From Candidatus Latescibacterota bacterium (lineage in GTDB: Bacteria; Latescibacterota; UBA2968): DNA of 64,000 nucleotides. The DNA is taken from the NCBI GenBank assembly GCA_965205975.1, contig OZ242195.1, positions 4,000,001 through 4,064,000 of the forward strand, written 5' to 3'. The notes below the pieces were generated by a model. That model made no database searches. It was not told where the DNA came from and saw only the letters and a program-made list of their open reading frames with translations. Position numbers and translations under genes: made by a program. Of this stretch, positions 19,507 to 27,465 are shown piece after piece (within the stretch, counting starts at the first letter, position 1; every line of letters starts with the position of its first letter).

Positions 19507-19733
19507 TTACACTGCTATACCAACTTGCAGCGCGGCATCATAGCCCCCCGTCGCGGCATTGGCAATCACATTTGTCAGTTGGTATTGGAATGCATTGGCT
19601 GGCGAACGAAAAAGGCCATCGTCGGTATTTTTCATGGGATTCTGTCCCCGAGAAGAATATTCCGTTGTATTGAACACAGCCGTATTGATTTCTTCGGGAA
19701 AAGCCAATTGCGATGTTGCCACCAATCCATTAT
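19507..19733 (-). pseudogene. 3' fragment of an intradiol ring-cleavage dioxygenase-like gene, truncated at the IS right end
   Basis: NGLVATSQLAFPEEINTAVF...Y..RGQNPMKNTDDGLF resembles the C-terminus of intradiol dioxygenase-like proteins; begins exactly at the IS end. Confidence 0.6.
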
Positions 19734-21080
19734 GTGACTACTCCCACGGCTAAAGCCTGTGGGCTTCTTGGCGGTCAATCCACCTGACGTTGTAGCCCCA
19801 ACGTCAATATGTTTATCGCAGCATTGTGGTCTCTGTCCGTCTTATACCCACACGCCTTGCAATGATGCACACGCTGAGAAAGTGGTTTTTTCTTTCTATG
19901 TCCACATGCCGAGCAATCTTGTGACGTATAGTCAGGATCAACGGCTTTGAATCCAATACCAGCTTCTTCCGCTTTGTATTTGAGACAGTGCCGAAACAGG
20001 GACCACGCTACGTCTGATATTGATTTAGCCAATCGTCTGTTCTTTTGCATCTCTTGAACGTCCAATTTCTCGACGGCTATGAATCCGTGACGATTGACCA
20101 TTTTTCTTGATTCTTGATGAGCAAAGTTATGTCGCTTATTACGGATACGCTCATGCACTCTGGCAATGACTTTGCGACGCTTTTCTCTTACGGCATCGGT
20201 CTTGGGTCTTTTTTTTACGGCGTCCCATTTGCGCTGTGCTTTGGCAAGGTTCTTTTCCTCTTGGCGAAAGAATCTCTGATTCTCTATTCTCTCGCCGTCA
20301 CTGGTTACTGCAAAGGACGTAAGACCCACGTCAAGGCCAACAGCAGAGCCTGTATCTGCTTTTTCAGGCGTTTCGCCCATATCGCAAGAGATAGACACAA
20401 ACCATTTGCCCGTCTTTGTGCGTCTGATTGTGCAAGACTTAGGGATACCTTCAAGCGGTCTATGCTGAACGACACGGATGCAACCTATTTTACTCAATCG
20501 CAAGCCTTTGGCGTCCAATCGACAACTGCTGGCAAACTGAGTATAGGTAATAGAGTCATAGCGGTTCTCACTTTTGTATCTGGGAAAGCCTGCATTCTCG
20601 CCCGTCTTTGACTTCTGTTTGAGACGCCGAAAGAAACCTTTGAATGCCCAATCTACTCTCTGGCATACTTGTTGGAGGACTTGAGAATGGACAAGAGAAA
20701 AAGGGTTGTATTGTTTTTTAAGCATGGGCAAAGTCTCTTGTTGGTCATAGCGCGACAAACTTTCTTTATTCTTTTTCCATGCTTGTATTCTCTCACAGAG
20801 GAGTTGGTTGTAGAGAATGCAACATTGCTCAATATGCGCCAGCAAGATTTTCTCTTGTTTTTTGGTGGGTCGCAATCTATATTTGAATGACTTAACCATA
20901 ATAGAAATATATACTTATGTATTGATTTTGTCAAGCAAAAATAGCGGATGGACCTGTTGATTCACTACCACCGATAGCCCCTTGAGGGCTATCCCCCTGG
21001 CTAAAGCCGCCCCATAAATTCTATGCGCTTCGCCATGCGACCCAAGCCTAAAGGACTTGGGACTTACGCGCATTTAAGTT
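19734..21080 (-). mobile_element. IS200/IS605-family element, tnpB-only (IS1341-like)
   Basis: Right end GAAGCCCACAGGCTTTAGCCGTGGGAGTAGTCAC ends at 19734; left-end-like sequences at ~20990-21008 and ~21040-21066; no tnpA. Left boundary approximate. Confidence 0.85.
19775..20899 (-). CDS. tnpB: RNA-guided endonuclease TnpB
   Basis: KYRLRPT N-terminus, GFPRYK, RuvC GLDVG / AVEKL / DRDHNAA, zinc ribbon CSACG..CKACG. Confidence 0.96.
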   Translation of the reverse strand: MVKSFKYRLRPTKKQEKILLAHIEQCCILYNQLLCERIQAWKKNKESLSRYDQQETLPMLKKQYNPFSLVHSQVLQQVCQRVDWAFKGFFRRLKQKSKTGENAGFPRYKSENRYDSITYTQFASSCRLDAKGLRLSKIGCIRVVQHRPLEGIPKSCTIRRTKTGKWFVSISCDMGETPEKADTGSAVGLDVGLTSFAVTSDGERIENQRFFRQEEKNLAKAQRKWDAVKKRPKTDAVREKRRKVIARVHERIRNKRHNFAHQESRKMVNRHGFIAVEKLDVQEMQKNRRLAKSISDVAWSLFRHCLKYKAEEAGIGFKAVDPDYTSQDCSACGHRKKKPLSQRVHHCKACGYKTDRDHNAAINILTLGLQRQVD

Positions 21081-21129
21081 CAAAATATCTCGCGTTGGGT
21101 GCTATTCGCAAGCCAGCCAATCAATCTCC

Positions 21130-21172
21130 CTTGTCAGAATCAGGATGGGCAGGATGTGAGGATTTACAGGAT
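21130..21172. repeat. AGGAT-rich short intergenic repeat
   Basis: CTTGTCAGAATCAGGATGGGCAGGATGTGAGGATTTACAGGAT: four spaced AGGAT units. Confidence 0.55.
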
Positions 21173-21240
21173 ACCCACCGCTCAAGCCACCTATCCAAAA
21201 CCCATCCCACACACCCGCTGACAGCCTTACTCCCAGACCA

Positions 21241-21302
21241 CGCAAAATATAACGCTGACGCACCCCCGTTTTCCCACATATATTGCACATCGTCTTGACA
21301 CC
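21241..21302 (-). pseudogene. 5' remnant of a YgiT/MqsA-type zinc-finger gene
   Basis: Encodes MCNICGKTGVRQRYI; 21250-21289 matches 26589-26628 at 36 of 40 nt. Confidence 0.75.
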
Positions 21303-21348
21303 ATGTCCAAGGGCAAATAGCTGATTTGACCGCATGGCTCAATATTTT

Positions 21349-23607
21349 TTATATCGGTACCATCAGTCCATTGCGGAATTTTCTATCGGGGCCTCTTTTT
21401 ACCGCCTCAAGAAGATTCGTTGCCAGTTTGATGCCAGACACCTTGTCAATGACTGCATTGCTAATGTCCCAAGATTTGGCTGGCTCGATACAATTTGGGC
21501 AAGCTGAACGGCAGTCGCAATTGCGGGCAATTTCAATCCCCTTCTCCAAAGCAACTTGCCAAACACTGAGCAACTTTTTCGCCACTCCAATTCCGCCGGG
21601 GTGATTCTCATAATAGTAGATGGCTAATTCATTACCCGCTGAATAGGTACTGGTATCAAAGCGATCTGCGGGAATCACAAACATTGCACCTACGCGAAGC
21701 ATATGTTCCACTGCACCGATACCGGCAGCAGCGTTTGCGTTTTGAGGAACATCAATCCAAAATCCATGAAGGTTTTTCAAAAAAAGAGCATCTTCAATTC
21801 CGCCGGTGTCTTTAACGTCTCCAGTATGCTCATCAACCAACTTATAGCCGGTAAAGTTCATCACGATATCAAGGGAGCCGTGATAGACTTCAATGTCTCC
21901 ATACTTGAAACCATCGAAAAAGTTCGACTTGGATATTACGGTGTAGAATCCAGGTTCAGTCCTTAAATTCGCATCAGCTTCTTCTAGGATAACGGCATGC
22001 TCTTCATGGGATTTCACGAGGTAGCGTCGGCCATAAAAAGGAAAAACAGCCCCGATGTAAGCTTCGCGGAACCGGCGCATTGCTGAGATTTGTCCGAGCT
22101 CCTCGTTGCTCCTCTTCAACTCGAAAGACTGCCCGATTCCGCCTCTCAAATTCAAATTTTTTTGCGGCTTATACCCCCTGGGTGGTGTCCCAGCTACCTT
22201 TCTTGCTTCTTTAAAAAACGGGCTACCAAGTATGCTTTTTTCGAAAGAATATACTTCTCCATCTGTTTCCTCTGCCAGTGAAGGAAGATGTTTCTCAATC
22301 AATTCTTCGTTAGCTGGGTCAACCACCAACTCATCAAAAGGTTTGTCCAAGAAGGCATTTAAGTTGCCCACGAAAAAGCGATCAATAGGGTCGTTCATGG
22401 CGTAAAATAGTACGAAAGCATCCTTATCCCAACCTCGCCCAGCACGCCCAATTTGTTGCCAAGCAGACATAATGTTGGGTGGGAATCCAGCCAATATGAT
22501 CCCATCCAATCCGCCGATGTCTAGCCCCAATTCCAAAGCGTTAGTCGTGAACACCACGCTGATGTTGCCCAATTTGATTTTCTGTTGTATGTCCTGCCGA
22601 TGATCATTTTTTAAGTCAGCATGGAACGCGGATATTCTGTTCGGGTCCAACCCGCGTTCCAGGGCCTCACGCTGGCAGTTACGAAAGGCGTCTTCAAGAA
22701 ATCGCTTCGTCGGGCAAAACACCAATACCTGTAACTCCTCGACAAGAGCGGTCAGTGCGGCAAGTTCAACACGCAGTCGCAAAATATCTCTATACCTAAA
22801 GTCCGGAATAGCAGGGTTGACAAATATAAAATGCCGCCTTGGACGTAATACATCTCTGGCGGACACTACTTCTACATTGCGCCCAGTGAGTGCCAGAGCG
22901 TGCTCTTTAGGGTTGGCACAAGTTGCAGTTGATAGGAACACTTGGGGCGATGCTCCAATGCGATTCAGGTGCAGAAAGAATCGCCGTAGCAAAAGTGCCA
23001 TGTTACCGCCGAAAAAGCCTCGGTATTCATGCATTTCGTCTATGACGACATAGCGCAACTTTTGCAGGAATCCAGATTTCTCCCATGACTCTCGCCAGCC
23101 AAGGAACGACATATTTAGGTATTCGGGGTTGGTCAGCAAAATCGAAGGAGGATGATCTCGCAGCAATTTTTTGATGTCCTCTGGCGTGTCGCCATCGTAA
23201 GGCCATGATTCTACTGAAAGTGGTTCGCAGAGTTGCAGGATTTGCGCCCGCTGGTCGAAAGCCAATGCCTTCATTGGATAAATCATCATTGCATGGGAAT
23301 CTCTATCTTGCATCAGGGAGTTGAGCATCGGTGCTGTAAAAGCCAGTGTTTTACCGCTGGCGGTGGGCGATTCCATAACCACGTCTGCACCACTCAGCGA
23401 CTTTTTGATGGCATCGACTTGGTGCTGGTAGGGCCGGGGGATTCCAATACTGTTTAGCGAGTCGCAGATAGATGAGTTAAGTTCCACCGGCCACTCGTCT
23501 GCGTATTGTGGTTCGACGCGCTCAACAGTACCGGTCTTTATTATATCGTCATCGCGCAGTGCATCGAACTTTTTTAGTTGTGATTTAAACTTTGCAATAT
23601 CAATCAT
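21349..23607 (-). CDS. YprA/Hrq1-type SF2 (DEAH-box) helicase with C-terminal DUF1998-like Cys4 domain
   Basis: YQHQ, SPTASGKT, YPMKALAFDQ, TNPEYL, IDEMH, STAT, TNALELGLDIG, QQIGRAGR, GGIG...CDCRSACPNC. Confidence 0.9.
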   Translation of the reverse strand: MIDIAKFKSQLKKFDALRDDDIIKTGTVERVEPQYADEWPVELNSSICDSLNSIGIPRPYQHQVDAIKKSLSGADVVMESPTASGKTLAFTAPMLNSLMQDRDSHAMMIYPMKALAFDQRAQILQLCEPLSVESWPYDGDTPEDIKKLLRDHPPSILLTNPEYLNMSFLGWRESWEKSGFLQKLRYVVIDEMHEYRGFFGGNMALLLRRFFLHLNRIGASPQVFLSTATCANPKEHALALTGRNVEVVSARDVLRPRRHFIFVNPAIPDFRYRDILRLRVELAALTALVEELQVLVFCPTKRFLEDAFRNCQREALERGLDPNRISAFHADLKNDHRQDIQQKIKLGNISVVFTTNALELGLDIGGLDGIILAGFPPNIMSAWQQIGRAGRGWDKDAFVLFYAMNDPIDRFFVGNLNAFLDKPFDELVVDPANEELIEKHLPSLAEETDGEVYSFEKSILGSPFFKEARKVAGTPPRGYKPQKNLNLRGGIGQSFELKRSNEELGQISAMRRFREAYIGAVFPFYGRRYLVKSHEEHAVILEEADANLRTEPGFYTVISKSNFFDGFKYGDIEVYHGSLDIVMNFTGYKLVDEHTGDVKDTGGIEDALFLKNLHGFWIDVPQNANAAAGIGAVEHMLRVGAMFVIPADRFDTSTYSAGNELAIYYYENHPGGIGVAKKLLSVWQVALEKGIEIARNCDCRSACPNCIEPAKSWDISNAVIDKVSGIKLATNLLEAVKRGPDRKFRNGLMVPI

Positions 23608-23786
23608 TTGACTTATCTCCGTAACGCAATTTGTAGTGAATAGTTATGCCGTATTATTTGCCTAATGGAACAATCAACAATATAGATGTTGGGCCTTCCT
23701 TAACCCTAACCTCTCCTGTTCCATTGAGCCAATCGACCAGCAGTGTCCCAGTGATAATGTTTTTATCACCGTGGATAGCTACTGCT

Positions 23787-24239
23787 TTATCCTGATGTCT
23801 GAGCACCACGAGTAATTGCTATTTTCGCACCAACAACCAGTCCTAAAAACAGGCTTATGCTTTCTAAGATGAACCTGTACCACATACCAGCAGTAATGGT
23901 GTAATTCGTGTTAATGGCACTCCACACCACGTATATGAACCAGCCAATGGACAACATACTTAGCCCCGCAACCAGTATGACCGCTGCCTGTCTCTTGTAA
24001 TTTGGTACTAAAACGATTGTTGTGTATAGAAGTATTGCGGCACTCGCAGTTCGTGAGACAAGGAGAATGAACGTACCACTAACTGGCATGCCTGCCATAT
24101 CTGGTGAATCATAGAATCCATAGACTGTCTCGAAGCCGTAACCCAGACCGAATGCGACATCAGTAACCATTTGCATCAGAAAAGCGACAAGCACACCCGC
24201 TGGTAGAGCCAGTATCCATCGTGCGGTAGTAATAAACAT
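23787..24239 (-). CDS. Hypothetical membrane protein (~4 TM)
   Basis: Hydrophobic segments from MFITTARWILALP; the track's upstream extension overlaps the neighbouring gene. Confidence 0.65.
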   Translation of the reverse strand: MFITTARWILALPAGVLVAFLMQMVTDVAFGLGYGFETVYGFYDSPDMAGMPVSGTFILLVSRTASAAILLYTTIVLVPNYKRQAAVILVAGLSMLSIGWFIYVVWSAINTNYTITAGMWYRFILESISLFLGLVVGAKIAITRGAQTSG

Positions 24240-24250
24240 AGAGTTTTTGA

Positions 24251-24538
24251 TTATTTTTTGACTAATACGGTAAAAAACATCGCTCCCCAACCGACGACCC
24301 AAGCGACAATGTAGCCCCACGGTAGTGTACCTTCGAAATACCAGTGCCCAATCAAGAACCATGGGATAGGGATACAGGTGCCAAAGAACGAGATAATCAA
24401 TGCTAGGACAGTGCTACCGACCCAGCTAGAGACCGCTGAGACCATTAGCCATAACTGGATGATGCCCATTGCAAAAAAAATACCAATATATAGGCACCCC
24501 GAGCCGAGGCTATCTTTGTCTTCCGATTCATCTGCCAT
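24251..24538 (-). CDS. Hypothetical small membrane protein (~3 TM)
   Basis: 95 aa, RBS AGGAG, acidic N-terminus followed by hydrophobic helices. Confidence 0.7.
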   Translation of the reverse strand: MADESEDKDSLGSGCLYIGIFFAMGIIQLWLMVSAVSSWVGSTVLALIISFFGTCIPIPWFLIGHWYFEGTLPWGYIVAWVVGWGAMFFTVLVKK

Positions 24539-24714
24539 TACAACTCCTATTTCACGACATCTTTAGATTTTTGTAACCAGCAGGTTAATTATATCCCAGA
24601 TAATGACACAATGCACGGAATACCATGCTATTCAAAAGTGAGGCCTTTCCGGGAATTCTCCAACCTGTATTTTGTCCTGACCATCCCACCTGTCGTTGTG
24701 ATACAGGCGTGAAC

Positions 24715-25749
24715 TCATGAATCCCTGACTTCTCCAGCGGGATATTCTCGCACCTGGTTTGTTTCTCTGCTACGTAGCTTGATGACAAGGGGTATATCGA
24801 GCGTTTCGTTTTCTGACAGTGGCGTATCACCTTTCTCCTTGGCGATTTGCGCCACGCTTTTGACCACCTTTAGCTTTTCGGCACCAGCGACAACTTCCGC
24901 ATCGCCACCGTAATAGTCGAACCAGGGAAGGCCCGCTTTGGTATATTGCCTCGCCGTCGGTGGCTCAGTCGGTGGTCGCTCACCAGTAATTGCCATCCAT
25001 TGGGCGGAATTGACGAGGGTAACAAAGCACCGACTAACGTGCTGCTGATCCCAGGCATCCAGGCCATAGGGATCGTCATAGATATCCTGTTTCATTCGAC
25101 CACCAGGTGCGAGTCCGATAGCCTTGTAAGCGAGGAGAGGGCTTGGACTTTCGAGGGGTTCTCTTAAAAAAACTTCACGAGGCATGATCATCTCCTCGTA
25201 CCGTTCCCGCTTCATGGGATAGGCTACAATCTGAAGCCCGCCATGCTGTGCGGCACCTGTAAGTTGTTCCTCCACCGTGTAGCCTTCTCCCAAAGGCATA
25301 GCCACAAACTGGCGGATCACCCCCTTTTCGACACAGTATCCGTCGAGCCAAGGCTGTTTGGGCAACACGACATAATCTTGCGGATCGCTATTCAATTGAT
25401 TGACCCAGGTCTGACCCGTGATCGCACAGATCTTGCCCGTCGCTATTTTCACAGCAAATGGATAGCTCTGATCAAAATGATAATTGTACCTGGACTCAAA
25501 GTTGATCCACATAGCTTCGGCTTGATGCATGGGCGCGATCACGCCGCCACGGCGCAGCCATTCCTCGGGCAATCGCGGCGCATAGTCGTCCAAATGCCGC
25601 AACGGAAAGCAGCCTAATCCCGGTGGCAGTGGATATTCCTCATCGTCATCGGGGATTCGCAGAGTGCGTTGGAACTCGATAGAACAAGCTGCGTCGTCGT
25701 GAACTTCGGGAAATCTAAAACTCAGTCTGTTGCGTTCAAGCGTGATCAT
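24715..25749 (-). CDS. Conserved hypothetical protein
   Basis: 344 aa with strong RBS; blocks FQRTLRIPDD..YPLPPGLG.FPL, PMHQAEAMWINF, QDYVVLPKQPWLDG, RQFVAMPLGEGYTVEEQLTG, YTKAGLPWFDYY. Confidence 0.85.
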   Translation of the reverse strand: MITLERNRLSFRFPEVHDDAACSIEFQRTLRIPDDDEEYPLPPGLGCFPLRHLDDYAPRLPEEWLRRGGVIAPMHQAEAMWINFESRYNYHFDQSYPFAVKIATGKICAITGQTWVNQLNSDPQDYVVLPKQPWLDGYCVEKGVIRQFVAMPLGEGYTVEEQLTGAAQHGGLQIVAYPMKRERYEEMIMPREVFLREPLESPSPLLAYKAIGLAPGGRMKQDIYDDPYGLDAWDQQHVSRCFVTLVNSAQWMAITGERPPTEPPTARQYTKAGLPWFDYYGGDAEVVAGAEKLKVVKSVAQIAKEKGDTPLSENETLDIPLVIKLRSRETNQVREYPAGEVRDS

Positions 25750-25783
25750 TATCGTTCTCTCCTCTCTCCTTACCAGTTGCCAT

Positions 25784-26146
25784 TTACCACTCTCCGTCTC
25801 GCACCTCGCGCACCACTCGGAGGATAGCGTGATCTGGTGCCTCCTTCAGTTGCCGGATTAACTCTGCGAACAGCTTGGGGCGCTTGCGGATAATTTCTTG
25901 CAGATCGCCGGAAACCTTTCCCGCCATTGCCAGGAACACATCCGGGTCCTGGCCCAATTCCTTTGCTATCCGGACAGTTGTCGCCTCCGAAGGCGGAGGC
26001 ACTTCTCCCCGCTCGATCTTGCTCAGATAAGCCGGTTCGATACCGATCCGTTGCGCCACCTGGCGCAATGAAAAACGCCGATCCTCTTGGCGAAGATTCT
26101 CACGAATCCCTCTTACGGTATCGCCAAAGTGTGTGGAACGTGTCAT
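25784..26146 (-). CDS. XRE-family HTH transcriptional regulator
   Basis: SLRQVAQRIGIEPAYLSKIERG; TTGACA ~30 bp upstream (26176-26181), so possibly near-leaderless. Confidence 0.9.
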   Translation of the reverse strand: MTRSTHFGDTVRGIRENLRQEDRRFSLRQVAQRIGIEPAYLSKIERGEVPPPSEATTVRIAKELGQDPDVFLAMAGKVSGDLQEIIRKRPKLFAELIRQLKEAPDHAILRVVREVRDGEW

Positions 26147-26404
26147 GTGTCATATATATAACACATTCTAATTTTTGTCAAGAATATTCTTTCAGTTATG
26201 AGACTCCGTAGTCATTTCACCAGACCCTTCTGCCTGCCGCGGATGTGGCGTGGGTTTGACCAGCGTCGCCTGTAAAAAAAATACCGCCCTCCCGATATTG
26301 GGAGAGCGGCATAGAATGGATCGGTACAATGAACCGACGTCTGTATTCTTCACATTTTAAAACATCTCTCGTCGCGTGCCAGATTGAGACGCATTCCTCG
26401 CGGG

Positions 26405-26656
26405 TTATGCAAATGCAGCGACTGCTACGGTGCGTTTAGTCGCAATGCCTTCTCGCTCGCGCTTAATGCGATCAACTTCATGCAGGGTTTGTGCTGTCAA
26501 ATAGCTCTCGCCACAATGGGGACAACTCATCACAGGCACACCTTCGATGACAAGAAGAGATGCGCCTTTTCCATAACTTCGTGAAACGTAACGCTGACGC
26601 ACCCCTACTTTCCCACATATATCGCACACCAGGGCTTGACTCCTTAGCCCGCTCAT
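26405..26656 (-). CDS. YgiT-type zinc-finger (MqsA-like antitoxin) protein
   Basis: CDICG...VIEGVPVMSCPHCGESY. Confidence 0.88.
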   Translation of the reverse strand: MSGLRSQALVCDICGKVGVRQRYVSRSYGKGASLLVIEGVPVMSCPHCGESYLTAQTLHEVDRIKREREGIATKRTVAVAAFA

Positions 26657-26865
26657 CTCGAGGATATTCCTTCGCCCCGCGCATAAGCCAGAGCTTGATC
26701 GATATCTTCTCGTTCAAGATAGGGATAGGCTTTTAGAATTTCTTCATGTGTCCGACCGGCTGCCAAAAGTCCCACGATAGTTCCAACCGTCACTCGCAGT
26801 CCCCGAATACATGCCTTGCCACCCATGACCTCGGGATCGAAAGTAATCCGTGATAATTTTTCCAC
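26653..26865 (-). CDS. DUF433 antitoxin-like protein
   Basis: RITFDPEVMGGKACIRGLRVTV...YPYLEREDIDQALAYA. Confidence 0.92.
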   Translation of the reverse strand: MEKLSRITFDPEVMGGKACIRGLRVTVGTIVGLLAAGRTHEEILKAYPYLEREDIDQALAYARGEGISSR

Positions 26866-26924
26866 GCGCTATCTCCTACTATATCCATACTGTTCAGTAT
26901 AAAAACGATTTCTAACCGCCAAAA

Positions 26925-26971
26925 AATGTAGCAACAACCGCGATATTGTCAACCGCATTTCAAAACATATC
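26925..26971 (-). promoter_or_regulatory. Promoter-bearing direct repeat, copy 3
   Basis: AATGTAGCAACAACCGCGATATTGTCAACCGCATTTCAAAACATATC on +; TTGACA-16 bp-TACATT on -. Confidence 0.75.
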
Positions 26972-26985
26972 AAGGCAGGTTGAAC

Positions 26986-27014
26986 TTGATGCATACGTCA
27001 AAATGACGTATGAT
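26986..27014 (+). promoter_or_regulatory. Promoter with overlapping palindromic operator
   Basis: TTGATG-17 bp-TATGAT; perfect inverted repeat CATACGTCA-AAA-TGACGTATG at 26992-27012. Confidence 0.8.
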
Positions 27015-27039
27015 TTGAGAATTAAGGAGATCAATAAAC

Positions 27040-27342
27040 ATGATTACTAAAGCACAATATGGGACTTCTGAACTGGAGAGAGACTTTGGACGTCTCACAT
27101 TTGGAAATGCCCTATCCAGCTATCGAATAGGAGAAGAAAAAAGCCAGCGAGCGTTTGCTGATTTTTTGGGAATCTCCCCTCAAAGCCTTTGTGATATTGA
27201 AAAAGAAAGAAGAATCCCAAGCCCTAGCAGAGCAGCCAAAATTGCCAGACAACTCGGCGAGCCAGAGAGCTTCTGGGTTCAGCTTGCACTACAGGACATG
27301 CTTCGAAAAGAAAACTTGAACCTCGTTGTTTCTATTGATTAA
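27040..27342 (+). CDS. HigA-like XRE-family antitoxin/regulator
   Basis: LTFGNAL..YR..EEKSQRAFADFLGISPQSLCDIEKERRIPS. Confidence 0.88.
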   Translation: MITKAQYGTSELERDFGRLTFGNALSSYRIGEEKSQRAFADFLGISPQSLCDIEKERRIPSPSRAAKIARQLGEPESFWVQLALQDMLRKENLNLVVSID

Positions 27343-27412
27343 TGCGTAAGTCGGGAAAAGGATTTCCCTCCTACCTGACTGGATTGCTGATATTAGTGAC
27401 AACCAAAACCAA

Positions 27413-27445
27413 CTGGATCGCGGCTAAATGCCTGCCGCGATGACG
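27413..27445. repeat. CTGGAT...ATGACG palindromic element
   Basis: CTGGATCGCGGCTAAATGCCTGCCGCGATGACG. Confidence 0.88.
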
Positions 27446-27465
27446 GCTTTGTTAATTAACCCCCC

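Noticed and set aside
21349..23607. Calling the helicase locus DISARM or Druantia
   Set aside because: Required partner genes are absent from the window.
23660..23790. Short - strand frame (DKAVAIHGDKNIITGTLLVDWLNG...PLGK*) upstream of the helicase
   Set aside because: Could be a gene remnant, but it has no clear start and no recognisable family.
18607..26971. The three-copy repeat as integron attC or Xer dif sites
   Set aside because: No conserved attC-type inverted core or dif consensus, and no tyrosine recombinase in the window; kept only as an unexplained repeat.
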